Source: Octopus sinensis (taxonomy: Eukaryota). From it: a DNA stretch of 64,000 nucleotides. Where the stretch lies: positions 1,612,001 to 1,676,000 of the forward strand of contig NC_043012.1 in assembly GCF_006345805.1 (NCBI RefSeq), given 5' to 3'. Numbering within the stretch: the first letter of the stretch is position 1; every line of letters begins with the position of its first letter. Both the position numbers and the translations under genes were made by a program. Below the pieces are notes generated by a model. That model was not told the origin of the DNA, searched no databases, and saw only the letters and a list, made by a program, of their open reading frames with translations. Positions 11,460-21,998 of this stretch are shown here, in pieces.

Positions 11460-12210
11460 TTGCTCCACCCTTATTGCAGCCCCTATTTGTTCCACTTCTC
11501 GAGATTTTTGCTCACTGTTCCCAGGGCTCCGACAGTTGTTGGTACTACTGCTACCTTTTTCATAGGCCACAACTGCTTAACTTCCCAAGCTAACCTGTCA
11601 TATCTCTCGACTTTTCTTTCTTCCTTATCGCATACCTTGTTGTCAGCTGGGCATGCTATGTCTATGATCCAGCATAGTTTGTTTTCTTTCTCAATTAAGA
11701 CGATGTCCGGCTTCCTATTCTCAATCTCATGGCCGCATATTATTATTAATGTTATCGTTGCCTTTGCACAGCTTCTAACGCAGGAGGTGTACTACAGTGA
11801 CTTTTCGAGCACCTTCCGGAGTATTCGAGCGGTTCCAAGCAGTGTTGTTTTCTGCAAGTGCTCCACCCTTATTGCAGCCCCTATTTGTTCCACTTACTTC
11901 TCGAGATTTTTGCTCACTGTTCCCTGGGCTTCGACAATTATTGGTACTACTACCACCTTTTTCATCGATCACAACTGCTTAACTTCGCAAGCTAACCTGT
12001 CATATCTCTCGGCTTTTCTTTTTTCCTTATCGCATACCTTGTTGTCAACTGGGCATGCTATATTTATAATCCAGCACAGTTGGTTTTCTTTCTCAATTAA
12101 GACTATGTCTGGTTTCCTATTCTCTATCTCATAGGCGCACTGAATCATAAAATCCCAACACCGTAGTACATCTCCAGCGTTAGAAGCTGTACTGTGCAAA
12201 GGCAATGATG

Positions 12211-12235
<25 letters not shown>
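11460..12235 (-). mobile_element. R4/Dong LINE 3' end (RLE endonuclease), tandemly duplicated, within (AAT)n
   Basis: Minus strand reads WDFMIQC..EIENRKPDIVLIEKENQLCWIINIACPVDNKVCDKE...LLGTARILRKVLEK; the PD...D region occurs twice; 3' UTR followed by an (AAT)n tail. Confidence 0.88.
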
Positions 12236-12261
<26 letters not shown>

Positions 12262-12263
<2 letters not shown>

Positions 12264-12460
12264 GATGATCCTTTCTACTGCAAACACAAGACCTGAAATT
12301 TAGTGGGGACGGAACTAGTCGATTGCACTCGTACTTAAATTTATTGATCTCAAAAGAATGAAAGGCAAATTCAACCTCGGTGGCATTCAAACACGGAACG
12401 TAAAAACGGATGAAATGTTGCCAACCACTTCGCCCGGCGTGCTAGCCCCTCTGCCAGCAC
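12262..12460 (-). mobile_element. SINE family B (Deu/Nin-domain-like core)
   Basis: Reverse complement of GAGGTTGAATTTGCCTTTCATTC..TT..GATCAATAAATTTAAGTACGAG core with an (ATT)n tail. Confidence 0.8.
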
Positions 12461-12519
12461 GCAGCTTTTGTATCTCGTATAATATTAACGACAGTAATCT
12501 TACAATAATTAGAGCAAAA

Positions 12520-12895
12520 ACTTATATTGCGTAGGATATGAGCAGTTCCCATGAGCACTATCTTTTGAATTTCTGCCATTTTGGGGTTTCCTGGTATCTG
12601 AGTTAGGTAGCAATCAGCCCCTTTCGCTATCATTCCCAGGGCACCTATGACAACAGGTATTGTTTTAGTCTTCAGGTTCCACATTTTGCTGATTTCTATT
12701 TCAAAATCTTTATATTTGCTCAGTTTTTGGTAGGTCTTGACAGATACGTTTCTATCGATTGGGACAGTCATATCAATGAGGAGGCATGTTCTTTGTCTGA
12801 AGTGTTTCAATATGATATCTGGCCTATTTGCATCTATCTTTCTGTCAGTTTGAATGGTCAAGTTCCAGAGGAGTGAGATGTGGTCATTTTCAAGC
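12520..12895 (-). mobile_element. Second R4/Dong-type RLE endonuclease fragment
   Basis: ORF 12442-12861 reads TIQTDRKIDANRPDIILKH...LIDMTVPIDRNV...KLSKYKDFEIEISKMW...IPVVIGALG...LMGTAHILR. Confidence 0.88.
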
Positions 12896-13496
12896 AGCTT
12901 TAGTCTTATTTATAGACTGCCATCCATATTAGTATGGCGATAACTATTAATATCCAGTAACGCTGCCGTAATCTCCTTTAGAGAGACTTAGTAATTTTAA
13001 TATTTTTATTAGTGTTTGTATTATTTCTGTTTTAGTGCATATCTTGCTGAGGTAAGTTCTCAGCAATAAACGAAAATTACATTGAATAGAATTCATTGAA
13101 TACACATACAATGTATGTAGACGATAATTACGATAATTACCGAATTATGCTGACATAGGATGGTGCGCGCGGGCACGCGTTGGTGCGTGTGTGTATATAT
13201 TTGTATATGCATGTATGCATACATACATACGTATACACACACACAAACACACACACATATGTAGAGAAACACATCTTAATGAAATGGAAGGAGTGTCTGA
13301 CACCAGGAAGAAAAATTAACGTCCATATATATTATGTCTGTGTGCGCGTACGTGAGTGTGCGTGTGTTTGTGTGTGTGTGCATATGTGTGTGTGTGCATA
13401 TGTGTGTGTATGTGTATGCGGATGCATATACGTATATGTACATATATATATATATAGTTATACAGACACACATATATGTATATAGAAATGCCTAAG

Positions 13497-13529
<33 letters not shown>

Positions 13530-13613
13530 ATACATATAGATATATATACATATATATATAACCACATGTGAATCGTTGGCGATTTTCTTCCTCCTTCTCT
13601 TGGACTTTCCTCA

Positions 13614-13649
13614 GTTTCTGAAGAAGATCGTCTGATCGAAACGTTAAAC
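13614..13649 (+). ncRNA. Minimal type-I hammerhead ribozyme fold in a TA-flanked short repeat (13560-13700)
   Basis: GTTT-CTGAAGA-A-GATC-gtct-GATC-GAAAC-GTT-AAAC: stem I GTTT/AAAC, stem II GATC/GATC, palindromic ACGT stem III. Confidence 0.6.
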
Positions 13650-13694
13650 CATCTTTCTTTCCTTTCCTAAGCGTCTGCTAATACATTACATGTA

Positions 13695-14130
13695 CCATAT
13701 ATAGTGAGTATCCCTAAAAACGTATGCATATAGCGAATGATTATAAAGTCAGTGATTATTAAAATAAATCTCATATTCAAAATTTCATAAAATCTGCAGA
13801 GAATTTAATTTATTATTATTATTTATTTTATGAAGCTTACTTTGATGACCCTTCTCTCCAAGTACAACTGATAAAACAAACCAATAAAATCACAAACATC
13901 GTGATACATTTCGTTCGATGTTTGTGCACATTCTCATTCAAGGGTTGCCCTCAATCTGGCGATTGTTATCGGTTTTGTATATCGTAAACTTCATATTTAA
14001 GTATCCTCATAAAAAGACGTCTTGAGGTATGAAGCCTTGTTAAATGCAGGGCGTATTCTGCTGAATCTCTTTGTCCAATTCACTGGTTTTAGCAAAATCT
14101 AAACAACCTAGGGCAGCGTGGGTGAGTCTA
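13695..14130 (-). mobile_element. Degenerate Tc1/mariner C-terminal fragment
   Basis: Minus strand reads PQDVFFMRILKYEVY, similar to PxDFFLWGYLKxxVY; TIR-like TATAGTGAGTATCCCTAAAAA next to a TA. Confidence 0.45.
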
Positions 14131-14362
14131 ATCTTGCTGGAAACAAAACGTTACAGCAGTGTTTCCCAACTTATTTTCCCCCAAGTCCCCCAACTATAAC
14201 TTACCAGAAAAATGCCTAGTGGTGGCAGGGGAAAAAAAACCCAACTTTATTTAACATTTTTTATCACAATTATTTAATACAAAAGATTTTACCAGTAACT
14301 CTTTTGTTAAGTACCGAGTACAAAAACGAAAAAAAAAAACAACAAAAAAAAACAACAAAAAT

Positions 14363-14516
14363 AGGCGTGGCTGTGTGGTAAGAAGTTTGCTTCCCAGCCA
14401 CATGGTTCCAGGTTCAGTCCCACAGCGTGGAACCATGGCCAAGTGTCTTCTACTATAGCCTCGGGCTGACCAAAGCCTTGTGAGTGGATTTTGTAGACGA
14501 AATTTGAAAGAAGCCC

Positions 14517-14600
<84 letters not shown>

Positions 14601-14825
14601 GTGGGTGGGTGGGTGGGTGTAATATATATATGTATGGATGTATAAATCTGTGTCTGTGTTTGTCCTCCCATCACCGCTTGACAACCGGTGTTGGTATGTT
14701 TACGTACGCATAACTTCAGCAATAAAGACTGACAGAATAAGTACTAGCCTTACAAAAAATAAGTCCTGGAGTCGATTTCTTCGACTAAAAACCCTTCGTG
14801 GCCGCAGTCAAATGACTAAAAGAAT
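14363..14825 (+). mobile_element. SINE family A, near full length with internal (TA)/(TG) tract
   Basis: Head, body, microsatellite and 3' tail (CCGCAGTCAAATGACT). Confidence 0.92.
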
Positions 14826-15169
14826 AATATACTAAAAGAATACTAAGAAAAAAATAAAAGTGAATCACGTTTATTTCCTGTGAACCTTGTGCCTGGCGTC
14901 TACGGAAGGTTTCCTTGATTTGGGGGTGATGATTTTTTAAATTTCAGTCATAAACCACATCGTTTAGTAGTTTTAAGTTTGCTTCTCATGGCTCAAAGCA
15001 TATTGTCAACAGCACTAAAGTCACACCCACCCAAGTATGACGTGGAGAAAGGAATCTACTTTTGCTGAAAAGGTAAAAAAAAGCATAAAGTACTTTTGCT
15101 TTTCAGCAAAAGCGCTTTTGCAAAAGTACATTTCAGCAAAAGCGCTTTTGTTGAAATGGCAGTGTTAGG

Positions 15170-15380
15170 GTATTTCCTTTCAACTTCATCACATTATGAA
15201 TAGGTCAGTAGTCAATTTGTTCCATGCTTCAGCAACTCTGAGTGTGAAAAAATATTTCTGAGAATCATGGGAGTTGTGCTGTTTTCTGATTTTGCATCAG
15301 TTATTAGCTGCTGAGACATTGTACTCTTTAAAACCTCCATGCTTCCTAAAATTTGCTAACACTACACCTGACATCCCCCC
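15170..15380 (-). mobile_element. CR1/L2-type LINE 3' fragment
   Basis: Minus strand reads FFTLRVAEAWNKL. Confidence 0.65.
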
Positions 15381-15984
15381 TCCATACACATGCACACATG
15401 TATATCATGACTCATACACTGTTTACTTCCCTGACGTAGTTCTATCTACTATACATGTACCTTTGATGCACATGAGCACACTATACACATTATTATTATT
15501 ATTATTATTATTATCATCATCATTATTACTATTATTGAGTGAAAGAGCAGTGCAAGCCATCAAAGTGACACTGGGGTAAAATATATGAAGCCCAGTATAC
15601 CCATCATGACCACCCGTCTGATAAGGGTACACAAGGTACATGCATCACAACCATATGTGCGCGACATGGTGATCTCATATCAAGATAAACAGTGCATGAC
15701 CTTGCCGGTGGGGCCCAGTTAGAATTTTCTTCTGGTCGCGTAGCCCATCCCGCTCAAAAGGTCCCTGAATAAGGATTCTTTAAGGATGTTGAACGAACCA
15801 CCCATGTTTACAAAGGTGAATTAACCAAACCTCTAAGAATTCCTTTCTACACACGGCTATGATGCTCCCCCACTACTTCTGCTCATGATCAGTGATGCAC
15901 ATATCGTCAGCCACTAAGGGACATGCTCAACTGGTTAATGTCAAACAACTGACAACAAATATGTGGTATTGAGCAGAATATTTG

Positions 15985-18566
15985 TGAAAAAAATGTCGTT
16001 GAAGAGAATACCACACCCACCACAAACAAACAATGATTTAAGCATTCACCAGACCGCCCATTTCGTGCCTTAAAAGGCAAACAAGTTGTTTCAAAGGAAC
16101 GTGTCGACACATGCAACGTTCCAAATGAAAATGAAAATGAAAACGAAGGCGTCACTTTTGACGTCATCGAAGACTTCCCTGCTCTTCCCTCCACCATTGT
16201 TCCAGTACCGGAGAAGGAGGGAAAGAAAACCAGCAACAACATCGACACCAACACCAGCAACAACACAAGTGAAAGCAATCGTAACGGTTTCGCCTCCGCT
16301 GCAAAGCAGAGCTCGGAGGAAATAAACGTTACGATAGAAAACGTAAAAAGTGCAAAGGTGTTATTGGGGAAAGAAAGCAATAGCGTTTTCCTCAATACTC
16401 CACAAGCACTAATAAATGAAACTAACAAGAAAACAATCATTTATAAAATTTTCGAAAGAAAATACAAGAAAATGCCGCACCACAACAACTAAAAATAGCT
16501 CTAAAGCCCATATGGGGCCAAAAGAGCTATGTAACTAAGGGAAAGCGGTTTGGAACCGTAGAAGTTCGCTTCCCAACAGGGGAGGAAGCAAAAAAAGTAT
16601 GCCATCCAAATATTACAAACAGTTAATTTGTTACTCGTGCCGACATATCTTGGTCGGCGAGTAACAAAAATTAAAAATGACCAGGTGCCGCCCAAGCTAA
16701 GTATATCTTGGCTGGTGGCTGCTGTCCTCTATGACATAGAGGACACTGCCAATATTCTAGTACAGAGGTTGCGGGAAAGGAACTGGTCAGGTATGGGGGT
16801 ACAGCTACTGGTACAAATCCAGCAGGAAAAAATATAAATGCCATACCTGACTCGGTAAATTTGCCGGACAGCACCAGACTGCACGTTGCTGTAGAGGGGC
16901 GAAACCCAAAATGCTACTCTGCAGCAGCGAAAAACATTTGAAGAAGGACTGCCCCATTTACAAACGAAGAATGGAGGCAGAAAAAAAGAAGAATCTACAC
17001 TTCCACCACCACCACCAACAGCAACAACAACACGAAACACCAAAGATTTCCACATCACCAACACCATCACCACCACCACTACGAAGAGCTACACCACCTC
17101 CAACCACCACGAAACTAACACCTACGCCAAAAAGAACCCCCCAAAAAGAAACACCGGCACCGTCACCAACACCAACAATTGCAGCAGCAGCACCGTTTCC
17201 AACAAATGTAACTGTGGAAGCGGACCCAGCAAATGTCCTCTTTCCAGACGACATCAGCTCGGATTGTGCGAGCTCTGATAGCGAGAAAGGGGAGTGGCAC
17301 ACAGTGCCACCGAAAAAGAAAAGAAGAAAACAAACAAAAAGAAACACATGACACACTGGGGAGGCGCAAACAAATAGAGCTTCTCAACATCAACAACAGC
17401 AACATACACTCACAACAACAATCAACAACACTGTCTCCACCACTACTGCCACACACACCAACGCACACAGACACCGTTACAGCAATAAACACGAAAAACG
17501 AACAACTTGTTTCATACATAAAAAAAAACACAGACACGAAAATTACAGATTTCATTATACCAACACACAACACACCATCAGCACACATTCTTACCATAAA
17601 AATCAATGAAAACATATATAATGAAATCAAGGAGAAATTCCCTAACGATGTCGGATCGCTCGGGAGAAATTTCTAAAAAAAAACTCTACAAAAACCTGGT
17701 GGAAACACCCGTGCAAAAGCACAAGGGAGCCACCCCACCAAACAACAACAGTAAGTAGGGCCTTTTTCTCCTTAACCTTTTAAAACATGGCAAAACTCAG
17801 AATCAGTAGCTTAAATGTGAGAGGCCTCGAGTCACTTTGGAAACAGGGTCACCTATTAAACGACCTGAGGTTTCATAGCATGGATGTAGCAGCCATTAGT
17901 AAAACCAGGCTCTCCGACCCGCAGGAACTCGCGGCCATTTTCGGCGGATACGAGATATTTCTATCTCCGTGTCGGCCGGGTGGTGGTACTGCAGTTTTGT
18001 TTCAGAAGAGCCTGGATTTGAAAATAAGGACAGTCTTCCTGGATCCAGAAGGTAAGTTGGTGGTCCTCGATGTAGACGGTAGTGCTTTCAGACTGCTGGC
18101 TGCCTACGCTCCGACAGGAGCAGGGCAGTCCGATTATTTCAAGCGTCTGGAAGTTTTCTTGGGAACATCACGCACTCTAGTGCTAGTTGGGGATTGGAAC
18201 GCTGTCTTAGACGAACGTTTCGATCGGGTGGGCACGGGAGCATCTGCTAGGAGAGCGGGGTGCAAGAGCCTCGCCAACCTGCTCAGGCACTTTCAGCTGT
18301 CCGACAGGTTTCGACTAGACAACCCGAATGTGCCAATGTGGACTTGGACCAATTGCATCGGGTCGTCTAGATCGTACTTAGATAAAGTCTTCTGTAGGCT
18401 AGCGGATAAGGACAGCATAGGGTGTCCACAATTCCACCTAGTCGACTACACGGACCACAAATTCGTGATTTGTACGGTCGACTTGGATAGGCTACATAGG
18501 CTGTTTCCCGGCTACTGGAAGCTGAACGCATCGTTAACGGCGTGCAAAGCCTACAGAGACCTTATA
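15985..18566 (+). mobile_element. Tx1/L1-clade LINE: disrupted ORF1 with CCHC knuckle and an ORF2 APE domain, 3'-truncated
   Basis: ORF1 remnants VEGRNPKCYS/CSSEKHLKKDCP (frameshifted C-x2-C-x4-H-x4-C). ORF2 from 17787 reads SLNVRGL, AYAP, GDWNAVLD, SRSYLDKVF, TDHKFV and PGYWKLNASL. Confidence 0.88.
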
Positions 18567-18863
18567 GTGAGTGCATTCTGTGTCAGACCATACCTGTCTT
18601 TTGCTGGCCTCAAATCACGTCTGCGAACGCATGGAAAGCAAACCTCCACCAACTATTCTGCCTATTTGTCTGTGCACACCTTTGAATGCAGTTTATGTCA
18701 GAAGGTTTGCAACTCCAAGAGACATTTTAAGATCCATAAAGAGCAAAACTTATCTGCAACTCTTGGTGGTCCAAATCGGTGGTGCAATCTATGTGGGTGT
18801 CTTTTCACTACATTGTCTGGTTTAAAAAGCCACATCAGATGCCATGACGGTGCTAAGGTGTAG
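17787..18863 (+). pseudogene. Open 358-aa chimeric ORF: Tx1/L1 APE endonuclease fused to C2H2 zinc fingers from an RTE-like 3' end
   Basis: APE motifs run to about 18566, followed by FAGLKSRLRTH, CSLCQKVCNSKRHFKIH and CNLCGCLFTTLSGLKSHIRCH. Confidence 0.6.
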
Positions 18864-18912
18864 GTACAGGAGATGGTCAAACTCTGCGTAAGGAATAGAC
18901 AACCACCATATG
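18567..18912 (+). mobile_element. RTE-like LINE 3' end with C-terminal C2H2 zinc fingers
   Basis: Three C2H2-like units, a stop codon, a short 3' UTR ending in ...CAACCACCATAT and a TA-rich tail. Confidence 0.6.
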
Positions 18913-19052
18913 TAAATATACATCTATATGTATATATACATATATATACGTATATATATAAACATATCTCTATATATACATATATATTCTTTTAAATAAG
19001 CAGAAAATGGAGAAAACTTTTGATCAACAAATTGACTACCATCGGTTATTAT

Positions 19053-19137
<85 letters not shown>

Positions 19138-19243
19138 CATACATACTTCTTTCTTCCCTTTCCTGAGCGTCCAATAACACTATACTTCTTCCACGTTCTC
19201 GCGTTGTTGTGTTTTCTCTTTGTTTATTATTGTTTGGATTAAC

Positions 19244-19297
<54 letters not shown>

Positions 19298-19309
19298 CAT
19301 ATATGTATG

Positions 19310-19792
19310 TTAGTTAGTTAAGTTAGTTAATTTTTGGGCTCAAAAAGCAAAAAAGCAAGGCCATGTAGGGGGACATGGGTGGCCTCAAATCACGTCTGCG
19401 AACGCATGGAAAGCAAACCTCCACCAATTATTCTGCCTATATGTCTGTGCACACCACACGGTGGTGTTCATGTAAAGAGTTCAGGCCACTTGTGGTCAAG
19501 GGAGACTTTGAACCGAGCGGTCGTCGGCTTCTTCACCATCTCGTCCGGCAGCTTATTCCACGGATCCGCAACCCGGACGGAGAAAGCCCCTCTCCTTCGA
19601 TTGAGATGAAATCGTCGCAGATAGAGCTTTTCGGAGTGACCCCGCAGTCGACGCTCTGGAGCAGGAGTGAAGAACAGCTCTTTCGAGAGGTTACACTTTC
19701 CGCTTATGATGTTGTGAGCAAGAATGAGATCACCACGGCGGCGGCGTTTTTCTAGAGAAAAAAGGTCGAGCGTCTTCAGCCTTTCTTCATAT
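19310..19792 (-). mobile_element. CR1 LINE 3' end
   Basis: Minus strand reads LKTLDLFSLEKRRRRGDLILAHNII...LRGHSEKL...FSVRVADPWNKLP...FKVSLD; 3' UTR with a (CTAA)n tail. Confidence 0.92.
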
Positions 19793-19857
19793 ATAACAAA
19801 TAAAAAGGGTGGATTACTAGTACCGCTTTTGCTAGACATAAGAGTTAACTCAAAAGC

Positions 19858-19888
<31 letters not shown>

Positions 19889-20762
19889 CGAGTTGGAAAA
19901 AAAAAGAGATCAAATGGATACAATTTAATTAATTAATTAATTAACACATTCCCCTATATTTGTTTAATTTTAAATTAAAATTATAAAACATATAAACACA
20001 TAATTTTGAATTTTTAATACCTTGTATCGAAACTCATCAGGGTGCACAAAGAACAATACAAGGATTACATCAAGCTACGTTTAGAATATTCAGAATGTAT
20101 AGTTATGTTTATTACGTGTACGAGTACATGGTTATGCAGCGTTAAAATTATTTCATTTCTAATTCATGATTAATGGGTTATAGAATACAAAAGTAAAGTA
20201 ACATAATGAATAAAGGAAAAAATGAGATAAAATCTATGTTCGTGCAATAAAATAAAATAAAAACGAAACAAAATTTATACTTATGTTTGTAGACGTGGGT
20301 GCGTATGTTATTACGTATATCTATATAGCTGTGGTTTTCAGTACAGTCCAGGGGTTCCGCAAGAAGTTACATAAATGCTAAACTCGACAGTAATGTTTAA
20401 TTCTCCTGTGCAGATATGTGTGTACATGATAGGCCTACGGGTACATGTACGATTTGCACGCCAGCATAGATGACCCTCATCCTTGGTGTGTACATGTACG
20501 TGCACATCTACGAGTTGCATGCCAGCTTAGATGATGGTTTAGTTTTCTTTTGTAAAATACGAGTGACTCTATTTGGAAGAAACATTTTAACAGCGTAAGC
20601 CATTTAGGTGTTGTTGTTAATACGCCTTTCAAAAGATCTTTAGCTTTTTAAAAGGCGTTTTTGTAAAATCTTTTTCTTGTATGACGTCTATTAATATTTG
20701 GTTAAAAAAGAAATAGGGAAACTGATACTAAATTATAAGATATGTAAATATGCATAAATATT

Positions 20763-20994
20763 TATTTCTTTACTACCGACAAGGGGCTAAACGCAGAGAG
20801 GACAAACAAGGACAGACAAACGGATTAAGTCGATTATATCGCCCCCAGTGCGTAACTGGTACTTATTTAATCGACCCCGAAAGGATGAAAGGCAAAGTCG
20901 ACCTCGGCGGAATTTGAACTCAGAACGTAACGGCAGACGAAATACGGCTGCGCATTTCGCCCGGCGTGCTAACGTTTCTGCCAGCTCGCCGCCT
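20763..20994 (-). mobile_element. SINE family B, tail variant 2 (TTTGTCTGTCCTTGTTTGTCC)
   Basis: Well-preserved head GGCGGCGAGCTGGCAGAAACGTTAGC, B-box-like GAGTTCAAATTCC and the core GACTTTGCCTTTCATCCTTTCGGGGTCGA. Confidence 0.92.
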
Positions 20995-21267
20995 TATGCA
21001 TAAATATATATTAATATTAATCCCTTTTTTTTTCTAAATTAGAACAATGAACAAATAAACGACATTTTAAATTCAAATCCGTAAATCTATTTTATTATTA
21101 TATGCATATTGTTTAAATATAATCAAATACCTATTACTAAAAAACATAAATAAAAAAAGCTAAATTTTACATCATTAAACTCGCTACACTTTAAAGATCA
21201 TTTTGTCCTGCGACTAATTAGGTTTGCTTTTATATATATATACAATTCTGCTTACAGCCTTACAAGT

Positions 21268-21963
21268 ATGGATAGATTTCTGAAAAAAAAACCTAAGTTA
21301 GATGCAGATGAAGAGACGCCGGGTCTGAGGCAGTCTGTTGAAGCTGCAGCCACGGCCAGTGATGCTGCCTCGTCGAAATTACCAAGAAATGATGGAATTA
21401 ACCTGCAACTAAAAGTTCGTCAATATTGTGAAAACTACACAGCTCTGGGATTTACTTGGACTGGAAACCCAGACTGCTCTTCACCTTTGTGTACTGTTTC
21501 TGGAGAGAAGCTGGCTAATAGTGTTATGGCACCAGCCAAACTGAAACGACACTTAACGACTAAACCTCCAGAGTTGTCAGGCAAAAATGAACAATATTTT
21601 AAAAGAGAATTGGCATTTAATAAAAGGCAAGTTTCTATGTTTGCCAAAAAGTTCAAATTGAGTGACAAAGGACAAGAAGCAAGTTATGCTGTGGCGGAGA
21701 TAGTTGCAAGAAAAATGAAACCTCATACCATCGCTGAAACTAATTTTAACTGCATGCCAGAAAATGGTGAGGATAATGTTTGGAGAGGATGCTGTATCAG
21801 AGCTAAATAAAATTCCACTTTCTGACAACATAATAAGTAGGCGCATTCAAGACATGTCAGGAGACACTGAGTAAACACACCAACACCGGTTGTCAAGCGG
21901 TGATGGGAGGACAAACACAGACACAGATTTATACATCCATCCATACATATATATATTACTACA

Positions 21964-21998
<35 letters not shown>

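Noticed and set aside
15050-15165. Short repeated palindromes CAGCAAAAGCGCTTTTG
   Set aside because: Probably a decayed MITE end; no TSD, partner or second copy to support a call.
15907-17630. Long minus-strand ORFs (15907-16440, 16729-17079, 16958-17356, 17163-17630)
   Set aside because: Antisense shadows of the A/C-rich Tx1 ORF1.
20015-20055. Minus-strand CCCTGATGAGTTTCGATAC as a hammerhead
   Set aside because: The core is present, but I could not find GAAA with a pairing stem I, so it is too degenerate to call.
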